The translations under genes were made by a program, and so were the position numbers. Below the pieces are notes generated by a model. The model ran no database searches. It was not told the origin of the DNA and worked only from the letters and a program-made list of their open reading frames with translations. This document shows positions 26,382 through 40,023 of a DNA stretch of 62,821 nucleotides, one piece after another (within the stretch, counting starts at the first letter, position 1; each line of letters begins with the position of its first letter). Source of the DNA: Chiloscyllium plagiosum (lineage: Eukaryota); contig NC_057718.1 in assembly GCF_004010195.1 (NCBI RefSeq), positions 91,775,134-91,837,954 on the forward strand. Reading direction: 5' to 3'.

Positions 26382-26644
26382 CATTTAACGAGTAGAGAAA
26401 CATGTTGATGGTTCATTATCATTTATGGGTAGATAGATATTATTCATTTGTAATGGAGTGCAATTCTTGTTAAGTAGAGAATTCTGTTCCATGCTCCATT
26501 GGTTGAGAATACAGATAAGTTGGAGAACTTAGAAAACTTTTTGAAACACTTAATTATTGTGACATCACTGGGAATAAAAATGATTAATTTCCAGTATGCT
26601 ACCCGAGTGACGCATAACAATTTTGCTAAGTATTAGGCCAAATA

Positions 26645-26793
26645 GAAAAACCAAAGAACTGTGGATACTGGAAATCAGAAACAAAATCAAACATTGCTGG
26701 AAATACACAGGTTACCAAAACATGAGCTCTACTTTCTCTCCACAAATGCTTCTAGACCTGCTGAAGTTTTCCAACAAATTCTGATTTTGTTGC
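26645..26793. mobile_element. Degraded fold-back element
   Basis: AACTGTGGATACTGGAAATCAG head with partial inverted arms, like 15255-15445. Confidence 0.6.
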
Positions 26794-27016
26794 AAAGTAT
26801 TAGAATATTTATACCTTAAATAAACCATTGAAAATAAGACAGATAATCAAGTCATGATTGTAATTTGTTGGGGTCATTTATTATTATATATGATGTTAAT
26901 GAAATCATTTAATATGACTGCCATTTTCAATAATCTCTTACTTTCGACAATGAACGAAATGCTTTCATGCAGAAGTTCTAAACTTATTTCAAGTCAGGTA
27001 ATAAAGATATACATAC

Positions 27017-27154
27017 CCTGTAGACATAGTCAAGTAAAGGTGCTTTGCGTGCCATTTGGTCTTCCATCAAGGTTGCACTAATAGGTTCCAGTAGTGCCTC
27101 CACTGACATTGCCATGCACCAATCCAAGAGGCAGAGCAACAGAGATACTATTAA
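27017..27154 (-). CDS. RALGAPA2: RALGAPA2 exon, 138 nt
   Basis: ttttag|TTA...AGG|gtatgt; [46 protein letters not shown]. Confidence 0.93.
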
Positions 27155-27250
27155 CTAAAAAGGAAGAAAATATAATGCAGTGTTGTGCATTACTTATAAT
27201 CATAAGCTGTGCCATGCAATTAAATAATGGTAACATATCCTCAAGCTCAC

Positions 27251-27319
27251 CCGTTTATCCGCATCAACAGATGAGTGTTCTGCACTTGGCAGCAGAAATG
27301 CAATAGTAGCCACAAGGAT
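27251..27319 (-). CDS. RALGAPA2: RALGAPA2 exon, 69 nt
   Basis: atgcag|ATC...CGG|gtgagc; ILVATIAFLLPSAEHSSVDADKR. Confidence 0.92.
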
Positions 27320-27460
27320 CTGCATTAAAAAGTAATTTACATTTATACGAAGGCACACAATATATACATATTTTGTTCATATTTATTGTTTTAATTAGTA
27401 CAGAAAGCTGGCATGGTTGTCATACCCTCAAACCCTCAATCTTGAAAGAAAGCAATTTAC

Positions 27461-27571
27461 CTCAGCAATTTTTTTGGGGAGCTGTGATTCATACTTCTCA
27501 AGACGCTCCATGTGAATAACCAATAGCTTTAGCATGTCACATGCCACTTCAGCAACCAGTTTGTTTGAAAA
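27461..27571 (-). CDS. RALGAPA2: RALGAPA2 exon, 111 nt
   Basis: ctccag|TTT...GAG|gtaaat; FSNKLVAEVACDMLKLLVIHMERLEKYESQLPKKIAE. Confidence 0.92.
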
Positions 27572-27731
27572 CTGGAGACAAACCAGAAGACAGTAAAGAA
27601 ATATATCAAAATTATTTTACACGAGAAATATCTGATCACTACAATGTAACCTTATCTCAAAACCAAGCACGTCATGGCTGATGCTGTGCCCAGACTTTGG
27701 ACTGGGTGATACCAGTCCTTGGTCAGTTTGA

Positions 27732-27859
27732 TAAAAAACTAGGTAAAAACAATGACTGCAGATGCTAGAAACCAGATTTTGGATTAGTGGTGCTGGAAGA
27801 GCACAGCAGTTGGATGCTGCCTGAACTGCTGTGCTCTTCCAGCACCACTAATCCAAAAA
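27732..27859. mobile_element. Fold-back element with perfect 35-bp arms and 14-bp TSD
   Basis: Arms 27777-27811 and 27824-27858; TSD CTTGGTCAGTTTGA at 27718-27731 and 27860-27873. Confidence 0.9.
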
Positions 27860-29087
27860 CTTGGTCAGTTTGAGGCAAGTTGGGTCAGGTGCGGTCAAAG
27901 ATTGCTCACAGCACAGAAACAGAGAGAGCATGAGCAGTTAAGTGGATGACTGGTCTGGTGTCAAACTGAATCATTACAGCATTGTTCAGTTTTTTTTAAA
28001 GTTTTACTTGATTATATTGAAAATTGATGTATAGCACATTACAATTAAATCTAGTTTTCAGATGGTGTTAGTTTGTAGATAGCTGGCTTTGAGACATGTA
28101 GAAAAAATATTATATTCAAGTTAAGTAAGTTTTGCTTCAGAAGACTGTCAATTAAAAACTAAAAATACAAGGCTTATTATACAATGAAATATTTAAAAAG
28201 ATGTAAAAAGAATACTTTGTGTGAATGTTAACTCAAAGAACACTAGAAAATATATCAAACCTATCATTTCATATAAACTGTGTTAAGAAGATAAAAAACA
28301 CATCAGCCAGATGAATATCCTCAAAGAAAATAGCTTGACAATAATTATTGTTAAATATTTGTTATTACTGATGCCCAAGTGATGGCCATGATTTTTGGGT
28401 CATACTCAAGACATCTACACTTCAATGTCTATCATCAAATATTAATTTCCAATATACGATCAGCTTCACACAACATTCTACCCTCAAATCAAAGATAATT
28501 CTACATCTGCATATCAGTAATTTAACTAATGTGGGAATTGAGTCCAATTTTCAACTGTAATAATTTGATCATTCATTACGTTTTTGTTGAAAACTTGACA
28601 AAGTATATATCAAGCCCGACAGTTGCTTAATTAGGCTTTTATTTAAAATGAGAGAGAATTAAAAAATTGCACACACATTCAGTGAGGATTCCTATTGCTC
28701 AATACCTTATGCATTTCACTTGAATTCTATCTAAGATAGATTCAGTTGGATCTCTAAAATATTCATCTTTTCATTTGAGAAGCAATTTCTTAACATATTT
28801 GAAATGACTGATCATCAAACATGCTTCCAATGCTATGAAACATAATGACATTGTTTCACAGGAACAGAAATATTGGAATAGTTATCACAAATGCTGACTC
28901 TCAATATTAGTTAAAAAGTTAATTTTCCCACATCTTTGTTTTCCAATGGTAAACTGAATTTTAATCTAGCCGCTGAAACACCACACACGACCAAAAGAAC
29001 AGAGAGATACAGTTTGATTTGGTTTTGTTTGTTTGTTCTTAAGTTCACCTTTAAATAAGCATATTACACCAGAAAGAATGCCATTAC

Positions 29088-29196
29088 CTTCAGTGTCACA
29101 CCTAACACGTTCAGTGCATCTTGGAGCTGTGGATGGTTTGTGCACTGCACCAGCTCTTCACTAATCCAGATTCCAAGACTACACATCGCTATACAT
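29088..29196 (-). CDS. RALGAPA2: RALGAPA2 exon, 109 nt, phase 2/0
   Basis: tttag|A TGT...AAG|gtaatg; (R)[36 protein letters not shown]. Confidence 0.92.
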
Positions 29197-29498
29197 CTAA
29201 ATCAAAAAAGTAGAAACATTTTATCAGATTTGATTGAATGCTGTCTTTTGAAAATTTTCAACATTCACTTTTCCTTTTCTATACTTCAAGTCTTCTTAAA
29301 CCACTCACCTCACGTGGCCAAAATAATGAGTGGGTAATCTCAACTGTTAGAAGATGCATTGAGCCACAATTTTTGCTCTTACATGGCAAATTACTAAAGT
29401 TTTACTCAGATACTTCTTCACATCATCACTGTGGAAATTACAAACTCAGAGGAATGAGGCAATTAAACACACTCCACATCAATTCAATCCTAATCCAC

Positions 29499-29818
29499 GG
29501 GCACATTGGCTCAGTGGTTAACTCTGCTTTAAAGCACCAGGGACCAGAGTTCGATTCCACCCTTGGGAAACTAAGTGTGTGCAGTTTGCACATTCTCAGT
29601 GTCTGTGTGCGTTTCCTCTGGGTGCTCCGGTTTCCTCCCACAGTCCAGGATGTACAGGTTAGGTGGATTAACTATGCTAAAACGCACAGTACCCAGAGAT
29701 GTGCAGGCTAGTTGGATTTTGGGGAAAGGTAGGGACATAGGGATGAGATAGGGAAGTGGGATGCTCTTCAGAGGTTCATGTGGACTTGATGAGCTGAATG
29801 GCATGCTTCCACACAGTA
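29499..29818 (+). mobile_element. HE1/V-SINE-like SINE
   Basis: TGGCTCAGTGG A box, GTTCGATTCC B box, V-domain. Confidence 0.82.
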
Positions 29819-29974
29819 GAAATTTATGCTTCTAATCAATCTTTCAACATTGCTGAAAATGAATGTAGTGCTAATGCAATGTTCTCAATTTTTTGTGCAT
29901 GCGCTGCATGAACCTCATTGAGAGTCCATATTTGGCTAATATTTTGTTTACCATTAGGAAATGCAATGTTCTTA

Positions 29975-30988
29975 CCCCACTCTCTGCAACTGGATCCTCA
30001 GTTTACTGACCCACAGGCCACAATCAATGAAGATTGGGGACAATATTTCATCCTCACTAACACTCAACACTGCAGTGCCCCCCCGTCCCCAGGGCTGCGT
30101 ACTCAGCCCCCTATTGTACTCACTGTATACCCATGACTGCGTCGCCAAATATCAGACTAATGCCATTTCGCTGATGACATCACCATAGTCGGTCAAAACG
30201 CAGATGGCGACGAAACAGACTACGGACGGGAGGTGGAAGACCTGGAAAAATGGTGCACTGAGAACAACCTAGCTCTCAATGCCAACAAAACCAAGGAAAT
30301 CATAATGAGTTACTCATGCCCCTCTATATATTAACAACATAGAGGTGGAACGAGTGGAGTGTGTCAAGGCCATGGAAGTGGTCATCCACAACAAGCTTCC
30401 TTGGACTCTTCATGTGGACCCACTGGTTACAAAGGCCCAACAATGTCTCTTCTTCCTCAGGCAGCTGAGGAAATTTGGCATGACAGTGAATACCCTTGCC
30501 AACTTTTATAGGTGCACCATCGAGAGCATTCTGTCTAGATGTATCACTATCTGGTATGGCAACTGTACCATTCAGGATCGGAGAGTGTTACAGATACTGG
30601 TGAATTCGGCCTGGACAATCACAAAGGCAAACTTCTCACCTACAGAATCCATCTACCAGGTCCCCTGTCAACAGAAGGCCGCCAGCATTATCAAAGATCC
30701 ATCCCACCCTGGCAATGCCTTTCTACAACCTCTACCATTAGGGAGAAGGTACAGAAACCTGAACACGCGCACCAGCCGGTTTCGTAACAGTTCCTACCCT
30801 ATTGTTGTTAGAATACTGAATGGACTCTCAAACTCTTAACATTCGTCTGTATCTATGTTTTTGTTTTTGCCGTTATTTACCTATTATTTACTTATCTATG
30901 CTACTTATCTCTGTGATCTGCCAGTATTGCTTGCAAGATAAAGCTTTTCACTGTGCTTCGGTACACGTGACAATAAATTCAATTCAAT
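29975..30988 (+). mobile_element. Rex1/Babar-type LINE 3' part
   Basis: [62 protein letters not shown]; tail GTGACAATAAATTCAATTCAA. Confidence 0.85.
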
Positions 30989-31972
30989 GTGATCTCAACA
31001 CTCATTTTTGCATCATATATACAGGCACTTTAATCTTATTTATATTTTTGTTCATAAATTAGTATGATAAAAGCAAAATAAGTGCTGCTTTTTAATTTCA
31101 TAAGGAGTGCTTTACACTTTGATACTCAAACGTTAGCAGGTATTCGTTAAGTAAATATGTAGAAATGAAGTGAATTATCTGTATGTGCCTCAAGTTAGGG
31201 AGGATCTGAGGGCATTAGAAAGCCAAGAAGATTCATGCAAATGGTTCTAGGGATGAGGTTACTTAGGTTACATCAACAGATTAGAGATGTTGGCCTGGCA
31301 TTCCTGACGAAGGGAATACTGGGAGCAGATTTGATGGTCATTTTCAAACTCACGAGGGGGAACAATATTTTTGCCTTCAGTGTTTAGGATCTAAACACCT
31401 GAGACTGTTGGCAACATGTTCAATTCAGCCATTCAAAACAGAAACAGATTATTATCTGACAATAAAGAATATGCAGGTTCACTGGGAGAATGCAGTGAAG
31501 TGGCAGTCGGTGAATTATTTTTACAGAGAATTAGTGTGGACACGAGCAGTTCATATGGCCTCCTCCTGTGCTATGATTTTGTATTATATGAACATAATAA
31601 GATTTCTTCTATAAAAATATCCACATGGGGTTAAAGCAATATTATAACCATACCTATGGCTTCACAGAAATTTTTACTGGATAAAACCATGCAAACACAT
31701 TTCTTGTCCATTTAAATAACTTAATTTACTGTTATAAAAGATGACAATTGGAAAAAAGTTAGAATTTTCATGACAAACCTAAATTAGAAGTCTACTAGCT
31801 ATTGTAAAGTGTGTGTATTACTATCAGAAGTTGCAAAATGTCACTGTGAGAAAATAAATTTCACCAAGAACAAATATTAAACTCAACAAAGGTTTCAGTG
31901 AAACGAATACTCCTTAATATTTCTTACTTCCACTTTCTTTAAAAGGTATCTACGTTTTTAAAAAACACTTAC

Positions 31973-32031
31973 CGTGCAGTCTCACAGGTTTCATTCCTTG
32001 CATTTTTTATCAGAATATTTATCAAGTAATC
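31973..32031 (-). CDS. RALGAPA2: RALGAPA2 exon, 59 nt, phase 0/2
   Basis: ttttag|GAT...CG|gtaagt; DYLINILIKNARNETCETA(R); phase matches next exon. Confidence 0.88.
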
Positions 32032-34949
32032 CTAAAATTGATCAGATTACAACAATATTTTAGTACAACACTTTTGGATTATTTTACATGCAGATACAGC
32101 AATATTGTACTTAAAACTCCATGTGAAGGTTAGTCAGAATATTTGAAGAACACAATAGCCCTTTGTTAAAAAAATACATCAGCAAAAAAATGGGAGAGTA
32201 AAATAAAAAACATATTTTTAAAATTAGAAACAAATATAGCATATTGAAAGTCTGGTCCATTTGCAGGCATCAGCGGTTAGCATTCTTGCCAAAAGGTAAA
32301 TACACAGTGAATGAGACTTAAAAAAAAGTCATTTTAAGGAAAAGTGCTTTGAAGGAAGCAATTGACATTAAGCAGGCAAATGTGCAAAGAACAGATGCCT
32401 GCTTAAAAGCACATAACTGAAGGCAATTATTTGACAGATCAAATCACTTAAAACTGTAAAGTGCATTAATGACCACTAACTTGATTAAAATCCTATGATG
32501 AAAATCATACTTTTTAGAGTAAAAATTTCATTTCAAAGTTATTTCTGTAATTTCTTTCATAAACATGTGAAGTTAATGGAAATCCTGAGGACACACTAAC
32601 ATTCATAGTTCAATAGTTTTTCCAAATTAAAATGTCAGTAATAAAACATTGTCCACCTTATCACCTGAGCACATCAATATAAAACACCCATAAAAACATT
32701 ATACAAAATAAAAACACAGTAGCATTAGTGGATTGAACCATTATGGAGATTTCCATTTATTTTTTTAAACTCATAACTTGGGATAATGCCACAGTTTGAC
32801 GAGATTTCTAAAAAACCTCCTGCACTTGCAACCTCTACCACCCAAAAATACAGGGCAGCAGCTGTATGGAACAACATAATCTCCAACTTTCCTTCCAAGT
32901 CACACAACATCTGAAATATGTTGTCATTTTTCCACTGTGACAATATCCAGTAACTTCAATGGTACGGTGGGATACCTTCATCATTTTGACAAAAGCAAGT
33001 TAAGAAGACTGCTCACCACCAACTTTTCAAAGGCAAAAATGTTGGCCTTGTCAAAACGACCACAGCCTTTGATTGGATAAAAACATTCTGCTAACAATTC
33101 TTAAAAGACAGAAATAAACAAATATTCATTTCTGATAGTTACCAGGTATTGTCAGTTCCTGACATCACTTATTTTTCCTGCAAAGGTGAAATGTTTGATT
33201 AAAACTAAAGTACTGCTGTACTGTGTACCATATAAAACCTACTATGCGAGATTCCTTACTAAAATTCAAAAATATTTAAGATATAAAATAAACCTATTAA
33301 TGAAATTAAAAAATACATTTCTGCCAATTTGGAGATAAATTTGGCACATTGCAATGCAATGGAAAAATCTTAATACAATCTCATTCCAACCCTGCCAATG
33401 GAGAAATGGAAAACTTTAAGGGCAATCATAACCAACAGCAGGGGAAAAAAAACTCATTATAACTTATTACTAATACTCTTCAATTTGTACTGATTGCCAA
33501 ACTGAATCAACTTTCTTCACATACCAGTCTAAAACAACAAACAAAGCACTAAACATATCTAAAATAAAAACAAACCATTAGATGAGATCAGATTACAGTG
33601 AGAGGAGGGAAGTGATAGGGAAAGGTATTGCTTGGAAGAAGTGGAAGAATGGGGTTTCTAATATGGATAGCTAGCCTGAAATGGGAACTACGAATGGTGA
33701 TGAACTGGGAGACTGGAGTCAAATTGAAGTTCCCACAGTTTTTAGTTTCATCAAGAATCTGACACTGAGTCCTGAGCATATTTTACACTTGGCAAATGCT
33801 GGAAATTGGAGCCTTTTTATACTTCTTGTATCTTTCATGCTTTTGATACATTTGTGTGCTATGAATATTTCTTGATGTTTTATTTGTATAAACTCCTGGT
33901 ATGGATTCTTAATGTACTCAGAATATGCTGGTTGGGTTGGAACGATTTTGGGAAGTGACCATGGATCACGGTCACAATTGGCAATTAATGCAAGTATTGC
34001 CAAACTGATAACAAGAACCGAACATAAGATCTGAATATAACAAGAGGATATCCTTTCATGAGAGTAGGGGAGAAAAAGAATAAATTTGGAGAGGTTCTGC
34101 ACCCAAATTTTAAGCAGACTAGGAGAGAGAAGAGCAGTCACAAGAAGTTGGAGAAAAGCAAAACTAACAAGGATAAACTGTCTTCTTTTATAAAATAACA
34201 CTTGTTTAATAGGGACCTAGCTGAATACCATTGGATTAAATGTCTTCTTGCTCAAAATTTACTGTCAGGTCTCTGAACCTCTTACATTATGTTGAGAGAG
34301 GAATCATGTGCATGCAGCTGAATTTCAGTCGAAGTTCAGTCTCAATTGCAGGTGATCTGAAAGCATTTAATCTGTCATGGTCTTTAATTAAACTTTTAAA
34401 GAAAGTTGATTGGCTAGCCCATGCGAGATAGAAGATTTTATTTACTAGACTGAGGATTTCTGAATGTTACTCCCATGAGATTACCTTTTACTTTAAATGG
34501 AAAAGTTCTCCAACTAGTTGCCCTCAAACTCAACATTTTTAAACTCAAGACTTGATTTCCAAACATTTTGGATTTGGCTCCAGAGAAAGAGTCCATGATA
34601 TCTTTCAAAGTGAATTAGATATCTGAAACAATGAACCTCAAATAACAGGAGAATGGTACAAATTGAAGACAGCCAACATAGGCTCAATAGGTTGACTGCT
34701 GCAGCAAAGAAGGTAGGCATTGTATAAATTTAGTTGAAGTCAGAGATAATGTGTAACTATTTCATTTATTCTGCATGGACAGCAAGAGTAAATGAGGAAC
34801 TAAAATCTTACTAAACTAAACTATAACTATAATTTTCTCAATGTATTATGGAAAATAATTGAAACAAATACAAAAAAGTAAGTTAAATCTCAAGATTCAT
34901 GCGGTGTAAGGAGAAACCAAAATTAAGAGGCAATATCTTTTTTAAAAAG

Positions 34950-35147
34950 GCGAAGAGTTGTGAATGTTGGAAGTCTGAAGCAAAAACAGAAATTGCTCGA
35001 GAAACTCTATGGAAAGAAAACAGAGTTAATGTTTCGGAGTTGGCTACCCTTCTTCAGAAGGGCCCAAAATGGTATATATGTTTACATCTCCATCAATGCT
35101 GCTAGATCTGCCAAGTTTCTCCAGCGATTTGGTTTTATCTGTTTCAG
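34950..35147. mobile_element. Degraded fold-back element
   Basis: AAAACAGAAATTGCTCGAGAAACT / AGTTTCTCCAGCGATTTGGTTTT arms; centre TCAGAAGGGCCCAAAA. Confidence 0.6.
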
Positions 35148-37214
35148 GACTTATAAACTCAATAAATTCTTTTTTGACAATGGTGAGGCTGATGGTACTC
35201 ACGAGTTACACACAAAGCACAGCAGAACATGTTAGAACTGCTGCATTCAGGTATAAGAGGTTTAACACCATTATTAGTCATAATTACCACTCTGGCTCAG
35301 AAAATTTAATTTTACAAGTGTGGAGTCTCATTCCTTCAAAACTGAAACATGTTTTTCAGCCTGCATTCATTTCACTCTCCACTTGTTATATGTTTTCTGC
35401 TTCTCTTGTCGATCTCCGTTGTATCTTTATTATATGGGTCATATTTTCAAAGTTATTTCTCCTAATATTAAAAGTACATCATAATTCAGGTGTTGAACAT
35501 GAACTGAAGTCAGAGGGATCACTTTGTGGTTCAGATGGAAAGTAAAAAAAGTTACAAGTTTGAAACAGGAACAAAATCACACTTGAACATATCCACCTGA
35601 AGAAGAGTGAAAGATAGATGACCAATCTCCTCTTAAGAGACTGGTCAGAAACATTCAAATGAAGCAATATTCCATAACTTTAACCGATTTTTTTTTTTCT
35701 TAAACAATAGCAGGTTTGATTTCCTGAGCTTCAGAAAATACAATTGGATCTATGAGCTCAGTAGCTTTAGAGTGCTGTTTTTGGGCCGGGGTTGGAACAC
35801 TGCTTGCAAGTCTAAGCTTTCCTGTGATTAGTCCACTTCACCAGCCTTAATATCCACTCTGTCCCCACAGCCCCACTTTCTGCTCTCAATTCTCCATCAA
35901 CGACCCCTTTGCTCTCCCACCTGATCTTAACTTGCACAGTCACTGCACCCTGCCTACTGTGATCATCCCCAAAAAACCATTCACTGTGATGATCATCCTA
36001 ATCAGATGTCTTCTTTAAAATGCATGCCTTAAAGACTGAGGGAAGGTAGTAGGTTTTACTAACAATCCTTCTGGTAGGTCACTAAAGAGAAGAAATTAGA
36101 AACTCTGACTTCCCATTGGATTGAAAGACAAAGGGCAATGAAAAGCTGAAGTCAAGTCTTTAGACAATGGAACCTGGCAGAAAATAGGAACTAAAAAATT
36201 GATCTTTTTAAATTATTAGTCTAAAAGAAAGATATTTAAAAGAGGTAAACCCAAAAGAGAGATGGAGCATGTGGATGACTATTTTTATTTAACTTTCAAG
36301 GATAAAATTGTGATGAAGTTAAGTGCAATTTGCTTTCACTATTACATTATATGTTTGTTGGCTTACTGTGAAATAAAACAACTTAACAATTCACATCAAG
36401 TGTTTCAATACCCACTTGCAGAGAGATTGAACAAGTGCAAACACAGGCACAGCAATACATGTAATATTCAGTTTTGATCTTGCATTATCATTGTGTTCAA
36501 GACTCCCTACTGTGTAGTTAAATACTTGGTACACTATTGAACACAAGATGGTTAGACCACTTATGGGAGTGAATGTACCAGCGGGAAAGTCTAGGCAATC
36601 TCTAAACTTCTAACATGCTGTCTATGCAAAAGAGTTTCATCCTGTCACTCAGAACAAAGAATTTCATTTGAAGAGGTAGGATCAATCTGGCAATGTTTCA
36701 TCCAAGCTGCATTGTTAACCACATAATAAATCAGCCAATTGCAACACCAAAGCAGGTTATACGCAAGGAGCAACCTTTTTAACATGCATGCATGTGCAAC
36801 CATCTTAAAGAAACTGCACCGTGCAAAGGTGTGTCATGCACAGCACAAGAGTGTTTGAGGAATAATAGAAGGAGGTCACTGAACTTTACAGTATTTGATG
36901 TAAAGTTCACAGTTTTGTCATTATATTATGGAAATAAACTTTCATCTTTCCACATCTGGAGATTTTGCTCCTTGCACAGCTGCTCTTCTGGTCTTGCAAT
37001 CTTACAAATTTAGTACAGGTATGGCACATGCTTTGCCTCTTTAAATCTCTGCAACATCCATACTGTAGTAGTCCCTCAACTTCTAACATTAATCTTCTGA
37101 TCTGCTGCACGATATTGGTTTCCTTAAGATAGCTCAATTCCTACTTCAAAATACGTGGTTATTCAGTGTTTTTAATGTGGTGAAGCATCATAAAGCACTT
37201 CATGGGATCATTAC

Positions 37215-37745
37215 ACAGAACATTGGAGCAGGAGAAGGGCATTCAACCCTGCTCTAACACTCAACATGATCAGGGCTAATCATTGGAATCAGTACCCTGT
37301 TCCTGCTTTCTCCTTAAGCCTTTGATTCTCTTAGCACTAAAAATATATATTTAACCCCTTCTTTAAAAATTTAAATGTTTTTGCCTCAACCAAGTTTTGT
37401 GGCAGAGAATTCCATATATTTACCACTCTCTGGATGAAAAAACTTCTCATCTGTCATAGGAGGTCTACTCCCCATCTTTTGATTGTGAACACTGGTTTTG
37501 GTCAATGAGAACATCTTCCCTGGACCTATTATGTTCAACCCTGTTAGAATTTTATAGGTTTCTATGACAGCACCCCCCCACACACACATTCTTCCCAATA
37601 GACCTTACCAATCCTGCCTCTCTTCATTTGTCAGTCCTGATATCCTAGGAATTAGTCCAGTAAACCTTCACTGCACTCCCTCAATAACCAGAATATCCTT
37701 CCTTACATTAAGGAGACCAAAACTGCATTCAATGTTCCAAATGCC
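37215..37745 (-). mobile_element. CR1 3' end
   Basis: IETYKILTGL and KFFHPESG remnants; resembles 3' part of 18782-20210 in antisense. Confidence 0.7.
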
Positions 37746-38136
37746 AATCACAATGACACCAGAACGGAATCCTAGATCAGATGGAGAAAAGGTTCATTAG
37801 AGGAGTATGTTTTAAGGAGCTTACAGGCAAAATTTTTTAGCTATCTAGTTATAGCCAGATGATTTTTGTAATGACTTGTGATCCCACCTTGGGAGGGAAT
37901 TTCAGATCCTTGGCAACGAAGACATGGCTGCCAAGGGAGCACTGATGAAACTTAAAGTTGCGGAAAAGGGCAGAATTGGAGAGGATTTGAGGGCTAATGA
38001 GATGCAAAGCCATTGAACAATGATGCAAAGATTCAATCACACCTGAGAATTTAAATTGAAGGCATTATTGGCACTGAGTGGATCAGTGAACAGGGCTTGG
38101 TGCAAGTTAAGATACAGGCAGCTAGGTTTTTTTTTA

Positions 38137-38289
38137 AGATTACTTACAGTGTGGAAACAGGCCCTTCGGCCCAAAAAGTCCACACCGACCCACCGAAGCG
38201 CAACCCACCCAGACCCATTCCCCTACATTTACCCCTTCACCTAACACTACGGACAATTTAGCATGACCAATTCACCTGACCTGCGCATT
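38137..38289 (-). mobile_element. SINE 3' fragment
   Basis: Near-identical to 12839-12990. Confidence 0.85.
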
Positions 38290-39167
38290 GTTTTAAGTCA
38301 GTTCAACCACGAAGGGAAGAAGAAAGCAGGGTAGTAAGGCAAGTTATGGAATATTGAAGTCGAAAAGTAAAATGGATGAAAGTTTCAGTAGTACATTAGT
38401 TTAGGCAACAGAATATTTGTTGAATTGCTCATATGCAAAAATGATATGGGGCAAAAGCTCAGTTCAGGGTCCAATCTATCAGCAAGATTGTGAATAACCT
38501 AGTTTCATCTGAAACAAATCATGGAATCATTAGCTAGGGAATGGAGTTTGCACCCAAAAATATAGTTTTGGTCTTCCTCTAATACTTAACTGACAGAAAC
38601 TATTGGATGCTAGATAACAAGTGGAACAACCTAGAGGCAGTGGAGGGATCAAGAGTGGATGTGGTGCAGTAGAGTTAGGTATCAGCAAATATGTTGGATC
38701 TAAATGCTTTTAGAAGGACAGCATGCAGATGAGAGAAGGAAATGGGTACACAAGTCATTACGAAAATCATCTGGCTAGAACTAGATAGTTACAAATCGAA
38801 CCAGGTAAAAGCAATCAACACCCAAATGTTTAATAGAGAAGTGGCATTTACAGGAGGATTGTGGTCCACCTGGCCAAAGCCTGTAGATATAGCCGTAAGA
38901 TTTGACACATAAATAGTTTGCAGTCTGCCAGTTAAAATGGGGAGCTGCTTCTCCAAAGTGAATGATTTCTACAGCTGCAAAGAAATTTACCAAGATGTAA
39001 TTTTAAGAATTGCAAGGATCATATCTGACTTAAACAGAAGTTTAAGAGTACATGTCTCGTTAGTCACAGCAACATAAACAAATTTGTCTCTAACACTAAT
39101 TAAGACTGCAGTCAAAATGTTTGGCACATAAACTTTTTCTCCGTTCCAGTCAGTTAACCTGCATTAC

Positions 39168-39296
39168 CTTGATATCTTCATTCCCTGTGATGATGTCAGC
39201 AGCACCAGACACAGGCTGTAACAGTGACATCTGTTGGTACAAATTAGGAAAACAGACCAGAGACCCAAGAAGAATCTGTGCTTCATATCGCGGCGC
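39168..39296 (-). CDS. RALGAPA2: RALGAPA2 exon, 129 nt
   Basis: cctag|GCG...AAG|gtaatg; [43 protein letters not shown] (LGSLVCFPN motif). Confidence 0.92.
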
Positions 39297-39746
39297 CTAG
39301 GGAATATATCAGATATTTTAAAACGAACACCAGAACAATTTGGTCGAGCAACACACAGATAACACAGGTATATCCTTACTGCATCTCATGCCACAAGCAC
39401 TATCTTGTTTTGAAGTGCATCAATATTAATAATCATTTACGAGTCAATGATTATGGAAAAGGGCAATCCGGAGTAAATAAGAATTAATCAGGAGACCACC
39501 AATTCTAATGGAGAAAGAACAGATCTGACCCAGGTAAACTGGAATTAAGATCGGCAGGCAAATTGAATTGTAATTGAACAATGGACTGCCTTAAAAGAAA
39601 GCATGATTTGGGTACAATCAAAATGCATGAAGGAGAAAAAGGCAAAGTCCCTCTGACACAATTAACAAAATTGTCAAATTGAGAATTGGCTGAATTGCAA
39701 AATAATTAAAAGGGAATCCAGATGTATTCTATTGACATATAAATTT

Positions 39747-40023
39747 GGGGCGGCACGATGGCACAGTAGTTAGTACTGCTGCCTCACAGTGCCAGGGATC
39801 CAGGTTCGATTCCAGACTTGGGCAACTGTCTTTGTGGAGTTTACACGTTCTCCTGCGTCTGCGCGGGTTTCCTCCGGGCGCTCCGGTTTCCTCCCACAGT
39901 CTAAAGATGTGCAGGTCAGGTGAATTAGCCATGCTAAATTGCCCATCGTGTTAGGTGCAATTCTTCAGAGGGTTGGTGTGAACTTGAAGGGCCTGTTTCC
40001 ACACTGTAGGGAACCTAATCTAA
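39747..40023 (+). mobile_element. HE1/V-SINE-like SINE
   Basis: A/B boxes, V-domain, CCTGTTTCCACACTGT..CTAATCTAA tail. Confidence 0.88.

Noticed and set aside
33719..34201. 160-aa hydrophobic ORF
   Set aside because: AT-rich intronic sequence, non-ATG start, no recognisable motif or fit to RALGAPA2 exon order
35069..35545. 158-aa ORF
   Set aside because: Starts inside a degraded fold-back repeat; no recognisable protein features
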